Below are positions 29,510-40,075 of a DNA stretch of 64,000 nt, one piece after another; position 1 is the stretch's first letter, and each line of letters starts with the position of its first letter. Made by a program: the position numbers and the translations under genes. The notes under the pieces are model-generated. The model saw nothing but the letters and a program-made list of their open reading frames with translations. It was not told where the DNA came from and made no database searches. Source of the stretch: a bacterium (GTDB taxonomy: Bacteria > Hinthialibacterota > Hinthialibacteria > Hinthialibacterales > Hinthialibacteraceae); the NCBI GenBank assembly GCA_963662285.2, contig CAXXMV010000001.1, forward strand, positions 1,024,001 to 1,088,000. The letters are read 5' to 3'.

Positions 29510-29527
29510 TTTTCTCTCCCAGGCGCT

Positions 29528-30334
29528 TTACTTAAACAACTCATCCATGGGCCATGGATTCATAATAGCGTAATCATAGATGCGAGTTTTACCTGTAAGT
29601 CTAACAGCTTCAATTGTTTGCACTTTATAACGTTCTTGGTTAAGTTCGGATGGCGGATCAACCCATTTCATTTTGCTGGTACTGAAAGCGCCGATATTTT
29701 TAATATAATCGCCATTTTCGCCATTTATCATGAATATCTCGCTATCACGAGCCAAATGAATCACTGGAGCAATTTGGTTCGATAGCGTTTGCTGCTCTTT
29801 TCCATCAAAATAAACTTTGGCGATTGCTCCACGGGCATTAAACTCGACATAAAAAATTTGCGCGTGATCATCTAATCCCGGGATAAAGCCATCCACATCC
29901 GCAACCATGACTCCATCAGGTAAAGTCTGTGGATCGTTTAATGGATTCGCATTGAAAATATCCGTACTATTACCCTTACATAAGGCCTTAACTTCATAAG
30001 GATACTCCTCGCAAACTTTACCTTCGATCCAGATTTGAGCTGGCTCGGTGCGTGATCCGGATAAAGTATTTGGAAGACCATCCAGATGCCCCGAATCGAT
30101 TACCACCCGGCGATTTTTCCGCATTGCAATCGCGCTTTGCCGGGCTTGTTTGAAACTTGAATTCAACATTTGAATCCCGGCATCCACCCGGCTGCTAGCC
30201 ACCTGCGTCATGTAACTCATCGTCCCAAAGCCAGCCAGAATGCCGATAATCCCGATAACCATCAGCATCTCAAGCATAGAAAAACCGGCCTGTCTTGAAC
30301 GACGATCATTAACGTTAATTTTATTAACTTTCAT
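29528..30334 (-). CDS. GspH/FimT-like minor pseudopilin
   Basis: QAG|FSMLEMLMV, FKQARQSAI..RRVVID, VEFNARG, IEAVRLTGKTRI. Confidence 0.82.
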   Translation of the reverse strand: MKVNKINVNDRRSRQAGFSMLEMLMVIGIIGILAGFGTMSYMTQVASSRVDAGIQMLNSSFKQARQSAIAMRKNRRVVIDSGHLDGLPNTLSGSRTEPAQIWIEGKVCEEYPYEVKALCKGNSTDIFNANPLNDPQTLPDGVMVADVDGFIPGLDDHAQIFYVEFNARGAIAKVYFDGKEQQTLSNQIAPVIHLARDSEIFMINGENGDYIKNIGAFSTSKMKWVDPPSELNQERYKVQTIEAVRLTGKTRIYDYAIMNPWPMDELFK

Positions 30335-30885
30335 GGTATCAGACCCTTATATATATCTTCAAGATAAAACTCCAGCCAGATCACAGCCTGAATCTTATCT
30401 CATCAAACTTAACAATATCACGCATCTGAACTTTGGGTCAGATAAATCTTTTGGCTTCCCTAAGCCATCCCTGCGTCAATTCCGTCCCTCGTGACCCATC
30501 ACACTAACAAATCAACTTAAAAATTGGAAATATATGGAATGCACATTATATCTATTGAATGGAAGCCCCATAGGGTTGAACCGCATCATCGGTTTATTCC
30601 ATTCAAAATTCAAATTGACTGGGGAAATGAGCGTCCCCTTTATTCAGCCCCAAAAACAAAAATAAATCATTGCATATCAGATATTTACTAAGCTTCGGTT
30701 GTTCCACCACTCTAAACTATATCATGCACCTTCAAAACCATCAAATTAAATGTAACGTTTTTTGTAATTTAAATTGTGGGTCATGCGTTACACCTATATT
30801 TCTTATTGAACATTATTTCAATAAGAAATATTCAAATTTACATTTGATAGGTTACATAATATTCTTCATTCATGCAGAAAATACT

Positions 30886-32020
30886 CTAAATATCTATTTT
30901 CACATCAGCAGCAGGTTCGCCGCCTCGTAAATCAAAACGTAGAAATGCGCTTATAAAATCATCTAATTCGCCATCCATCACCGGCTGAACATCGCCGCGC
31001 TCAAAGCCGGTGCGATGATCTTTAATCATGTTATAGGGGTGAAATACATAAGAGCGGATCTGGTTGCCCCAGGCAATATCACGTTTTTCTCCGGACAGTT
31101 CTTCAACTCTTTCGGCATGTTCGGTCTGCATCATTTGAAACAACCGGGAAGTTAGTATCTTCATAGCAGTCATACGGTTTTGTCGTTGAGACCGTTCATT
31201 TTGACATGAAACCACTATCCTGGTTGGCAGGTGAGTTATACGGATAGCAGAATCGGTAGTGTTGACATGCTGACCGCCTTTACCTGAAGCACGAAAGGTA
31301 TCGATGCGAAGGTCTTTTTCATCAATGTCCACATCTATGCTGTCATCAATCACAGGCATTACATGAACCGCAGCGAACGAGGTATGACGCCGGGAATTCG
31401 AGTCGAATGGAGAAATTCTCACCAAGCGGTGGATGCCATTCTCTGCATGAATATACCCATAAGCGTAACTGCCTTTAACCATAATAGTTACGTTTTTTAA
31501 GCCCGCTTCATCGCCTTCCTGATAATCCACAACATCCGCTTCCCAACCCTGGCGTTCGATATACCTCATGTACATGCGAAACAGCATGGCGGCCCAATCA
31601 CATGATTCGGTTCCACCAGCGCCGGGATGAATATTTAGAAAACAGTCGCCAGAATCAAAATCACCACTGAGAGTACAATGGATTTCAAATTTATCAAATT
31701 CTGTCTTGATATCGGAAAGTTCTTCGGAGAATTCTTCTTCATGAGAAGAGTCATTTTCTTCCTGGACCATCTCAAGCATAATTTCCAGATCAGATATGCG
31801 AGATTCAAGAGAACCATAATTATCGACAATATCTTTAAGTATCTTGATCTGTTTGCCATGTTCCTGTGCAACTTTGGGATTATCCCAAAAGCCGGAAGCG
31901 TTCATCTCTTCTTCAAGTCGGGAAATAACGGCTTGTTTGGCGCCTACGTCAAAGATGGCCTCCCAACTCTTCGAGACGTTCATGCATGGAGCTCAACTCC
32001 ACTTGTATTTCATCGTACAT
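30886..32020 (-). CDS. prfB: Peptide chain release factor 2 with programmed +1 frameshift
   Basis: GAGGTES, RISPF (SPF), GGQ motifs; real start ATG at 32020 (MYDEIQVE...), 23 codons to CTT-TGA-C, then +1 shift into the 30886-31983 frame. Confidence 0.96.
31948..31964 (-). promoter_or_regulatory. prfB +1 frameshift site with internal Shine-Dalgarno
   Basis: Minus strand reads GGGAGG-CCAT-CTT-TGA-C, matching the canonical RF2 autoregulatory signal. Confidence 0.95.
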
Positions 32021-32392
32021 AAAACTCACCTTTTTCCGATTAGAATAAATTTTTTAGAGTGTTTTGCATAATTGAGCGATTATCAAAATAATATTTATTT
32101 ATTATCACATTTGATTTTCGAAAAAGCCAATCTGTTATGGCTTTTTCGAATCGCGCATCAGAACATTATTACGAAAACCACTCTAATATGCTTATTGTTA
32201 TGGTAATCACTTATAGAATTATCTCTTCAAAGACGCGCATAACAAGGGGCTGCCCAAGGCAGTAAATCAAAGAGTATTAAAATTTTAGCTTCACAGGCAA
32301 GTATAGATGTTGTATTCTTAAAAAGGTTTGAAGAAAAACGTTCTTATTTTATTTTGGTTGTTTATTAAAAAAATAAAAAATATTGGCAGTTT

Positions 32393-33199
32393 ATGGCTCT
32401 ACATCTCTACCCTGTTACTATTCGAAGCGTCAGTCCTCCTATCCAATGTCTGTTATCCAGACCGACAACGGAATTTCGCTGTTTGCATACCATTATCTAT
32501 TTACATGGCTTGAATGGCAGTCGCAACCAGATATTCCAAGACCGCTATATGGAGTTCGCGGAAGCCATCCAGAAGCTGGGCTGCAATCTTATATCTATCG
32601 AATTGCCATTTCATGGAGAGCGCCGCCAAAACAAAGAACAACCCGCCATCCAGAATATGATCAAATCAATGGGACATAAAGAAAATAATCCCTTTGATTC
32701 TTTCATCAATGATATCAAGAAAACTGTTGATTTCATTATAGAAAAGAAGATAACGCGACCGGGAGAGATTGGAGTGGCCGGATTGGCATGGGGCGCCACC
32801 CATGCATTCTATGCCTTAAAAAATGAGCGCCGCATCCGGTGCGGCGTTGTTCTACTGCCAGTATGTAAGATATCCAACCTTATAGAATTCAAGCAACTAA
32901 AAGGACAACCGATTATAGAACAATACGAACCGCTTAATTATGTTGAGAAAATAGCGCCAAAACCACTCCTCTTCGTAACTGGAGAAAACGACGTACGCGC
33001 CGATCCTGTTTTCGCTAATGAGTTATACAACAAATTATTGCCGGAATACCAGGAAACCGATGATCAACAAAAACTGGCCTACACCATGTTGCTCGATACG
33101 GGCCATGCTTATGATTCACAAATGACTCAATTGACTGTAGATTGGTGCAAGGAACACTTGCTGGGGAAAAACAGCGGACCTTCCCTTTCGGGCGATTAG
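32393..33199 (+). CDS. Alpha/beta hydrolase-fold protein (esterase/S9-like), nucleophile Ser replaced by Ala
   Basis: YLHGLNG, ELPFHGER, nucleophile elbow G-L-A-W-G, APKPLLFVTGEND, TGH. Confidence 0.8.
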   Translation: MALHLYPVTIRSVSPPIQCLLSRPTTEFRCLHTIIYLHGLNGSRNQIFQDRYMEFAEAIQKLGCNLISIELPFHGERRQNKEQPAIQNMIKSMGHKENNPFDSFINDIKKTVDFIIEKKITRPGEIGVAGLAWGATHAFYALKNERRIRCGVVLLPVCKISNLIEFKQLKGQPIIEQYEPLNYVEKIAPKPLLFVTGENDVRADPVFANELYNKLLPEYQETDDQQKLAYTMLLDTGHAYDSQMTQLTVDWCKEHLLGKNSGPSLSGD

Positions 33200-33215
33200 A
33201 GAGATTTGTCTATAA

Positions 33216-33539
33216 TTAATCCATTCTCTCCAATACAACCGCTGTTCCATAGACGAACAATTCAGCTGCATTAGTTGCTACAGATGACGTAGTAAATCGA
33301 ATGCAGACAATACCATTGGCGCCGACGGACTCAGCGTGATCAATCATACGGTCCATAGCCTGCTCACGCGCTTCGGCCAGTAATTTGGTATATTCGGTAA
33401 CTTCGCCGCCAACCAGATTGCGTAATCCAGCCAGGATATCTTTACCAATATGACGCGTTCGCACCGTGCTGCCGCGTACGATTCCTTTATAGTCAACAAT
33501 CTGATAACCAGACAGTTCATCCTGCGTTGTAATAAGCAT
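33216..33539 (-). CDS. YbjQ/UPF0145 family protein
   Basis: MLITTQD..GY.I....GIVRG, DILAGLRNLVGGE, AREQA..RM, GANGI, YGTAV. Confidence 0.92.
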   Translation of the reverse strand: MLITTQDELSGYQIVDYKGIVRGSTVRTRHIGKDILAGLRNLVGGEVTEYTKLLAEAREQAMDRMIDHAESVGANGIVCIRFTTSSVATNAAELFVYGTAVVLERMD

Positions 33540-33676
33540 AGTAAACTCCCTTGTTTATGATGAGTCGACAAAAAGTGGATGGAGGACAAAACTCACACTA
33601 TATCTTGTATGATTCAACCTTATATATCCACAAATTGTTGTAGTTACGAATACAGTTTTGACTTTTTACCGTTTCG

Positions 33677-33880
33677 TCATTTATCCACATTTTTAGAATA
33701 ATAGTCGTCTTCTTTACTATCCAACCGCTCGACCAGCACTTTCATCAACAAAAAACCGAATCCCACAATTCCGATCAAACCAATAATGCCAAAAGGAAAA
33801 GCCATTATCATGCCAAAAAGCATCAAGCCAAACCAACATAAAGCCACAATACCGATTAGAATATAACCTATAGATTCCAT
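33677..33880 (-). CDS. Small two-TM membrane protein
   Basis: GGAGG SD; two hydrophobic helices; acidic tail ERLDSKEDDYYSKNVDK. Confidence 0.75.
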   Translation of the reverse strand: MESIGYILIGIVALCWFGLMLFGMIMAFPFGIIGLIGIVGFGFLLMKVLVERLDSKEDDYYSKNVDK

Positions 33881-34127
33881 GGCGACTCGCCTCCCAGGCT
33901 TTTTGCATTATATTATATTGTATATTGCAAACCAGCAATTACGAATTATATATGATAATACGAATATTTTTTCAAAATAATTCATGCGGGGAAGATAATT
34001 TCATTAGAATATGGCAAACTAGAGAGGTTATTGAAATAAAGAACGAATAATCGTTAGATTTCAAATCACGTATACTTTTATATAATTGAATAAGCATCAC
34101 ATGAATTGCGTCGACAAGGAAGACGAA

Positions 34128-34835
34128 ATGGATATTCTAACTTCTTTATACGGTTTCGGCTTCTGCCTTGAAATTTTCGCTGTCGCAGCGTTGTTACTGT
34201 TTCTAATCAACAGCGTCAACCGGATGCGACGCGATGAGCAAACCTTGAACCGCAAACGCACCCGGAAATTCGGGAGAGACGCGTTTCTCTTTTTTGTATC
34301 ATTGATCCTATTTTTCGCAGGATTTGCCTTTATAAATTTCGCTCTGTTTATTCAAGCCTACCGTACATACGCCATTGGCGAACCTATAGCTAAAGTAACT
34401 ATCAGTTCCAGAAGCAGCGTGCAGGAATTCTCAGTACGTATAAATGAGTTAGGCAAGCCATTAACCGAAGAGTCCGCTCCAATGGACGAAACTTTCAGGA
34501 TAAAGGGCGACCGCTGGATGCTGGAAGGTCATATCATCCGCTTCCAACCCTGGCTCAGTTTTCTGGGATTAAAACCTATTTATCAACTTACCCGCATCCA
34601 GGGCAGCTATTACTCCATCGAAGAAGAACGCAACAGCGAACGGACGGTCTACTCGCTGGTAGATAATTCAGAAGAAGAATGGTGGAAATGGTTGTATCAA
34701 AAAGCCGACTCAATCCCCTTTATGGAAATGGCCTATGGTTCAGCCATATCTCAAGACGCGCAAAAGGGGAGCCAGTATATTGTCACTGTGCTCCCCTCTG
34801 GTTTCTCGCTGCAAAAAAGCGATGTCGATTATTAA
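34128..34835 (+). CDS. Hypothetical membrane protein (two TM helices plus soluble domain)
   Basis: Start set at the ATG with AAGGA SD (34128); IKGDRWMLEG..RF.PW..LG..YQL.RI.G.Y pattern; function unknown. Confidence 0.7.
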   Translation: MDILTSLYGFGFCLEIFAVAALLLFLINSVNRMRRDEQTLNRKRTRKFGRDAFLFFVSLILFFAGFAFINFALFIQAYRTYAIGEPIAKVTISSRSSVQEFSVRINELGKPLTEESAPMDETFRIKGDRWMLEGHIIRFQPWLSFLGLKPIYQLTRIQGSYYSIEEERNSERTVYSLVDNSEEEWWKWLYQKADSIPFMEMAYGSAISQDAQKGSQYIVTVLPSGFSLQKSDVDY

Positions 34836-34870
34836 GATATTCTCAAAAACTTTGATCGCATAAAACAAAA

Positions 34871-37261
34871 TCAACTTTTCACTATTATGTTATACGTTTT
34901 CCCTGGAGATGCATCAAACTCAACCACGCCGTCTTCCGTGATAATGAAATCAACTTTCTGACCATCCGACATCACGTTAACCGACGCATGAGCGCGGACT
35001 TTGCATTTCCCACCGAGGATGGCATGAATGGTTGAGTTAGTTAGTTTTCCATCGCTCCATTCGCAATCCACCTCAAAGCCCCCGCGTGCGCGCAGACCGC
35101 TTACCGAACCTTGCGGCCATACCGATGGTAACGCTGGAAGCAGGTTAATTTCACCTTCATGACTTTGCAGCAGCATTTCAGCGATTCCAGCAGTCGCTCC
35201 GAAATTGCCATCGATTTGGAATGGTGGATGGGCATCGAACAGGTTAAGGTAGACGCCTCCGCTTTGATAGTTGGTTTTGTTGGTTCCAACTACAGTAAGC
35301 AGGTTGCTGAGCAGTTTATAGGCGCGGTCGCCATCAAGCAGCCTGGCCCAGAAATTGATCTTCCACGCCAAACTCCAACCGGTGCCGCCATCGCCCCGGC
35401 CAATCAATGTTTTTTTAGCCGCTTCAAACAACTCAGGCGTCCTGGTTCTTGTTATCTGGCGTCCGGGATGCAGACCATATAGCGGCGATACATGACGATG
35501 ATTTGGTTCGGGTTCTTCAAATTCCTCAGTCCATTCCATTAGCCGTCCATCGGAGCCAATCTGGGGAATAGCTAGATTCTCTCTGGTAGATGCTACTTGT
35601 GTCACAAAATCATCTTTGATCCCCAAGATGCTGGCGGCGTCAAGACAATTGGTGAATATATCCCAGACAATTTCCTGATCCATGGCGCATCCCATATTCA
35701 GCACGGCAACCTGACCGTCTTTAGTCTTAAAACGGTTTTCGGGTGATGTCGACGGCCCGGAGACTAACTTACCGGTCTTGGGGTCTTTGGTAAGAAAATC
35801 AAGAAAGAATTCGGCTGATTCTTTCATGATGGGGTAGCCGCGTTCACGCAGAAATTTCTCATCTCCAGTAAAGAGATAATGCTCCCATAAATGCTGGCAA
35901 CTCCAGGCGGCGCCAAGCGGCCACATGCCATAAACCACATTGCCTATGGGTGATGTCCAATGCCATGCGTCACTGGTATGATGAGCAGTGAATCCACGGC
36001 AGCCGTAGACGTCACGCGCCGTCTTGCGTCCCGCAGGACGCAGGTTGTCGATAAACTCCAGGAACGGTTCATGCAGTTCGGAAAGGTTGCAGACTTCCGC
36101 CAGCCAATAGTTCATTTGGATATTGATATTGATATGGTAATCGCAATTCCAGGGCGCCTCGATATGCTCGTTCCACAGTCCCTGCAAATTAGACGGCATA
36201 CAGCCGGGACGCGAACAACTGATTAAAAGATAGCGGCCATATTGAAAGAATAGTTCGGCTAATTGCGGATCATCCCGATTATCAGCAAAAGCGGCCAAAC
36301 GTTTATCAGTTGGTAATTTTTCAGCACTGGATCGACCCAAATCCAGATCGACGCGCCGGAATAAACGTTGATGTTCGGCGATGTGATCATTCTTTATATC
36401 GGCAATTTGTTTTTGCGACGCTTTATCGATGATTGAACAGCACTTGGTAACCGGATCATTATCTTTATAAGTTGTAGCCGCCGTCAGCAGGATAGTCACC
36501 GCATCGGCTTTGACGATGCTTATGGCTTTTTGGTTTCGGGAAACCAGCGACTCACCGCCATCTGTAATCACTTGCAAGCGGCATTCAAAACTGACGCCTT
36601 CAGTATCTTTTCCTTGATCCACCTTGCCGCGCATCACTAGTTGATTATTGCCGAATGCTTCGACTTCAGCATTTTCTGAACGACCCAGTTTGAGGTTAAG
36701 TGAAAGTTCACCTGTCTTGCTGCACGATAAACGGACTACTATCACATCATCAACCGGGCTGGAAAAAATTTCCCGCGTATAGACGACATCTCCAACACTG
36801 TAGGTTACGCAGGCAAGCGCTGTATCGAGATTTAATTCCCGCTGGTAATTGGTTATGTTAGTACCATGATCAAAAGCCAGTTCCAGGTTACCCAGGGTTT
36901 GATAACTGAGAGGAGCGATGCGTTCTCCCATAAATTGTTCTTGCATCACCTTCTGGCCTTCAAGATACTTGCCATCGAATATCAGGTTGCGCGCTTCTTC
37001 TAAATATTTAAAAGCGCCAACGCGATCACGGTTTTTGGTGGTTTTCGCCCAAACCGTATCTTCATTCAGCTGGATTATTTCATGACCAACGCGGCCATAT
37101 ACCATGCAACCCAAATGACCATTACCGAGGGGAAGGGCTTCTTCCCATTTCTGCGCTGGTTGCTCATACCACAAACGCAGATCGCTGCTTCCACAGACGG
37201 CAGCGTTAACAAATAGCAGTAAAAACAAAACAGGTAAAAGCATATTTCTAAATTGCTTCAT
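34871..37261 (-). CDS. Glycoside hydrolase family 95 (alpha-L-fucosidase-like), secreted
   Basis: [64 protein letters not shown]. Confidence 0.95.
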   Translation of the reverse strand: MKQFRNMLLPVLFLLLFVNAAVCGSSDLRLWYEQPAQKWEEALPLGNGHLGCMVYGRVGHEIIQLNEDTVWAKTTKNRDRVGAFKYLEEARNLIFDGKYLEGQKVMQEQFMGERIAPLSYQTLGNLELAFDHGTNITNYQRELNLDTALACVTYSVGDVVYTREIFSSPVDDVIVVRLSCSKTGELSLNLKLGRSENAEVEAFGNNQLVMRGKVDQGKDTEGVSFECRLQVITDGGESLVSRNQKAISIVKADAVTILLTAATTYKDNDPVTKCCSIIDKASQKQIADIKNDHIAEHQRLFRRVDLDLGRSSAEKLPTDKRLAAFADNRDDPQLAELFFQYGRYLLISCSRPGCMPSNLQGLWNEHIEAPWNCDYHININIQMNYWLAEVCNLSELHEPFLEFIDNLRPAGRKTARDVYGCRGFTAHHTSDAWHWTSPIGNVVYGMWPLGAAWSCQHLWEHYLFTGDEKFLRERGYPIMKESAEFFLDFLTKDPKTGKLVSGPSTSPENRFKTKDGQVAVLNMGCAMDQEIVWDIFTNCLDAASILGIKDDFVTQVASTRENLAIPQIGSDGRLMEWTEEFEEPEPNHRHVSPLYGLHPGRQITRTRTPELFEAAKKTLIGRGDGGTGWSLAWKINFWARLLDGDRAYKLLSNLLTVVGTNKTNYQSGGVYLNLFDAHPPFQIDGNFGATAGIAEMLLQSHEGEINLLPALPSVWPQGSVSGLRARGGFEVDCEWSDGKLTNSTIHAILGGKCKVRAHASVNVMSDGQKVDFIITEDGVVEFDASPGKTYNIIVKS

Positions 37262-37263
37262 TA

Positions 37264-38871
37264 TTAATTTCCTCTTTTCTTATGAACTAACTGGCTTTTT
37301 TTCAAAGTAATTTTGTGAATTAACTGGTTGTAGATGTTGTAAATTTCATAAGCAACCGTTGGATCGGATTGCGCCGTATCAAAGGTCAACAATCCAAAAG
37401 AACAGGTATCGTTATAGCCGAATATTGATCCAGACATGATGCCATGGGTATGAATGTTGGATATCTTGGAACTTTCAAATTCGTATAGGTCGTAACCATT
37501 TTCGCGTTCTATCTTCCACGCATCAGAGCGATGCCGATCTGCGGATATCAAGATAACTCCATCAATACTATTTTCTTCAAGAAACGAGAATATCTTCTCC
37601 CGTTCAGCCTTATATCCCTGCCATGGATCAAGGCTGCCCGGTTTGGCGCCATAGGACCAGGGAACCGGAGAAGCAATCACCTTGAACGTTGCTTTCGATT
37701 GCTTCAACGCTTTTAGGAGCCACTCCATTTGCACAGGCCCAAGCATTAATGGATTATCAACTTTGGGATCAGTGCGGTAATATCGTCCATCCAGCATGAA
37801 AAAATCCACATCCCCGATGGAAAAATCATACCAACATCCAGGCTGCGACTCCCCGCCTCCATAGGCAGGATTATTCCAATTGTTTTTATACAAACGCCAT
37901 ACGGGGATTTTCCATGCAGGATCATTGATCTCCGGCCCGCCCCATTGGTCATTGATGGTAAAATCATGATCATCCCATATTGAGAAGACCGATGTGGATG
38001 CAGCGAATCTGCGGAACTCTTCTCGCGACTGTCTGCGGTAATAACAATAACGCTGCACATCCGGGCGGGTGGGATTATCTATATATACATTGTCTCCCAA
38101 CAGAAGAAATGCCAGGGGATTATGCGAGTGGATAGTATTCCACATCCGCTCATATTTCGGCGTATAACCAGCGCCTCCACCAAAGCCAACCTGGAACCGG
38201 GAATGCCCGCCCGTTTGGGGAAACGTTTTAAAAGACCATTGGCCATCCTGTTGCTGATCATTAATATTGATTGAGTAGAAATATTCAGTTTCCGGTTCCA
38301 AACCATCAACCATTGCTATTGCGGTATAGTCGTTCTCTTTTTGGGTACGCACCTTATGCGAAACAATAGAATCTTCCATATTCGAAGATTTACTGATTTG
38401 CACTGCAAAATCAGCTTCCTGGGCCGTGCGAATCCAAAATCGGGCGCTGTCATGCGTTACGCAGCCAACTGTAGGACCATGCACAAACAGCGAATCAAAT
38501 TTTTCCGCATAGGCCTGGAACTCTGGACTAGTAGTTAACGGTTTAAGCAGTTCTCGCGGCCCCGCGATAAAACGGGCGAAAGGCAAGCCTGAGTCAACCG
38601 CCTGCTTCACGTATTCCATCGACTTGGCGATATCATTCTTTCGCGCATAGCCAACCGCAAGCACAAACATCGATTCAAGATCGCCGGAATTCTCATACAA
38701 ATAGTCAGTAAACAACTGGATGGTTTCATCGTATTTGCCATCAACAATATCGCTGATTCCATCACGGGATATTTTCTTATACTGCTGTTCAGCTGCATCA
38801 GAGGGATGCAGCCAAATCATGGTTCCAATGCCAATGATCAATAATACAAACAGTTTTCTTATCATGTTCAT
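37264..38871 (-). CDS. phoD: PhoD-family alkaline phosphatase with N-terminal TPR-like helical region
   Basis: Signal peptide; [27 protein letters not shown] motifs. Confidence 0.85.
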   Translation of the reverse strand: MNMIRKLFVLLIIGIGTMIWLHPSDAAEQQYKKISRDGISDIVDGKYDETIQLFTDYLYENSGDLESMFVLAVGYARKNDIAKSMEYVKQAVDSGLPFARFIAGPRELLKPLTTSPEFQAYAEKFDSLFVHGPTVGCVTHDSARFWIRTAQEADFAVQISKSSNMEDSIVSHKVRTQKENDYTAIAMVDGLEPETEYFYSININDQQQDGQWSFKTFPQTGGHSRFQVGFGGGAGYTPKYERMWNTIHSHNPLAFLLLGDNVYIDNPTRPDVQRYCYYRRQSREEFRRFAASTSVFSIWDDHDFTINDQWGGPEINDPAWKIPVWRLYKNNWNNPAYGGGESQPGCWYDFSIGDVDFFMLDGRYYRTDPKVDNPLMLGPVQMEWLLKALKQSKATFKVIASPVPWSYGAKPGSLDPWQGYKAEREKIFSFLEENSIDGVILISADRHRSDAWKIERENGYDLYEFESSKISNIHTHGIMSGSIFGYNDTCSFGLLTFDTAQSDPTVAYEIYNIYNQLIHKITLKKSQLVHKKRGN

Positions 38872-38914
38872 CTCCCCACTATATAAAACGGTTGGCGTAC
38901 TGATAACAAAATCC

Positions 38915-38954
38915 AGGTGGGTTGCAATACGCGATTATGCAGCGCAACCCACCT
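38915..38954. repeat. REP-like intergenic palindrome
   Basis: 11-bp perfect stem aggtgggttgc/gcaacccacct with an 18-nt loop and no T-tract, between co-oriented genes. Confidence 0.55.
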
Positions 38955-38967
38955 CGTGATGAAATTC

Positions 38968-40050
38968 TTAAATCTTACTGGTAATCCGCACTGCTTGAGT
39001 CTGCGCTTCTAAACTGACTCTAGCCGTCATAAATGCATGTTCCTGAGTCATGGCGTTTTCCGTACCGTCAAGGCAATCGCGAATCAATTGTCCAAAGTAT
39101 GGAAAACCAACTGTTCCGGCAGCCTGAATATGCTGTTCTTTCTCTTGATCAACCAGATAAATATGGTCTCCCTGGTTGTCCCGCGCCACGTCGATATATT
39201 TACGGATTTCGATAGAACCCTCGGTTCCCATGATGAAGGTACGCCCGTCGCCCCAGGCGCCCATCCCATCCGGCGTAAACCAATCAACCCGGAAATACAT
39301 AGTTGCGCCATTATCGGCCACCAACACTGCGTCGCCGAAATCCTCTAAACCGGGGTAATCAGGATTATTGAAATTGGCAATCTGACTATGAACCACCTTG
39401 GCGTCTTTGGCATCGGCGTAATACAGGAATTGTTCAATCTGATGGCTGCCCAGGTCGCAAATAATTCCGCCGTACTGTTCACGGTTGAAGAACCAGTCAG
39501 GACGGCTGGGCAGATTCAAGCGATGAGGAGCCAGGTTGGTTACTTGTAGGACCTTGCCAATGGCGCCGTTTTTAATTAATTGTCCAGCGTATACGGCGCT
39601 CTCAACATGAAGCCGCTCGCTATAATAGACCGCCCATTTCAAACCAGTCTCAGCAACTTTGGCGCGAGCCTTATCTAGTTGATCAAAAGTCGTGAAAGGC
39701 GCTTTGTCGCAGAAGTAATGCTTCTTGTGATCCATAACCTTCAAGCCGAACGGGCCGCGCTCTGAAGTAATCTTGGCGCTGGCTATCATGTGCAGCGACT
39801 CATCGGACAGGGCTTCTTCTTCACTGCCCGCGGGTTTTACTCCGGGATATGTTTCGCAAAACTTTTTGAGTTTCTCCGCATCGGGATCATAAGCCCAAAC
39901 CAGTTCGCCTCCAGCCTCGGTCAGACCGTTGGACATGCCATAAATGTGACCATGATCCAAACCTACTGCGGCAAAGCGAAAGTCTCCTTTTTCGCAGACC
40001 ACCTCAGATTTACCCTTCGGGGCGTACATCATTCCATCTGCTTTTTGCAT
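38968..40050 (-). CDS. Gfo/Idh/MocA family oxidoreductase
   Basis: GLDHGHIYGM, CDKAP, YSERL, GGIICDLGSHQ, VDWFTPDG..WGDGR. Confidence 0.9.
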   Translation of the reverse strand: MQKADGMMYAPKGKSEVVCEKGDFRFAAVGLDHGHIYGMSNGLTEAGGELVWAYDPDAEKLKKFCETYPGVKPAGSEEEALSDESLHMIASAKITSERGPFGLKVMDHKKHYFCDKAPFTTFDQLDKARAKVAETGLKWAVYYSERLHVESAVYAGQLIKNGAIGKVLQVTNLAPHRLNLPSRPDWFFNREQYGGIICDLGSHQIEQFLYYADAKDAKVVHSQIANFNNPDYPGLEDFGDAVLVADNGATMYFRVDWFTPDGMGAWGDGRTFIMGTEGSIEIRKYIDVARDNQGDHIYLVDQEKEQHIQAAGTVGFPYFGQLIRDCLDGTENAMTQEHAFMTARVSLEAQTQAVRITSKI

Positions 40051-40075
40051 TATATATCTCCTTAAGATTTGATTA

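Noticed and set aside
20679-29785. Numerous 60-170 aa ORFs antisense to or nested in the pseudopilin genes
   Set aside because: Shadow ORFs of long coding sequences, with no motifs or evident RBS
30240-30930. Small ORFs 30240-30494 and 30670-30930 in the operon leader region
   Set aside because: Antisense overlaps with real genes and no protein-like features; the region is better explained as regulatory
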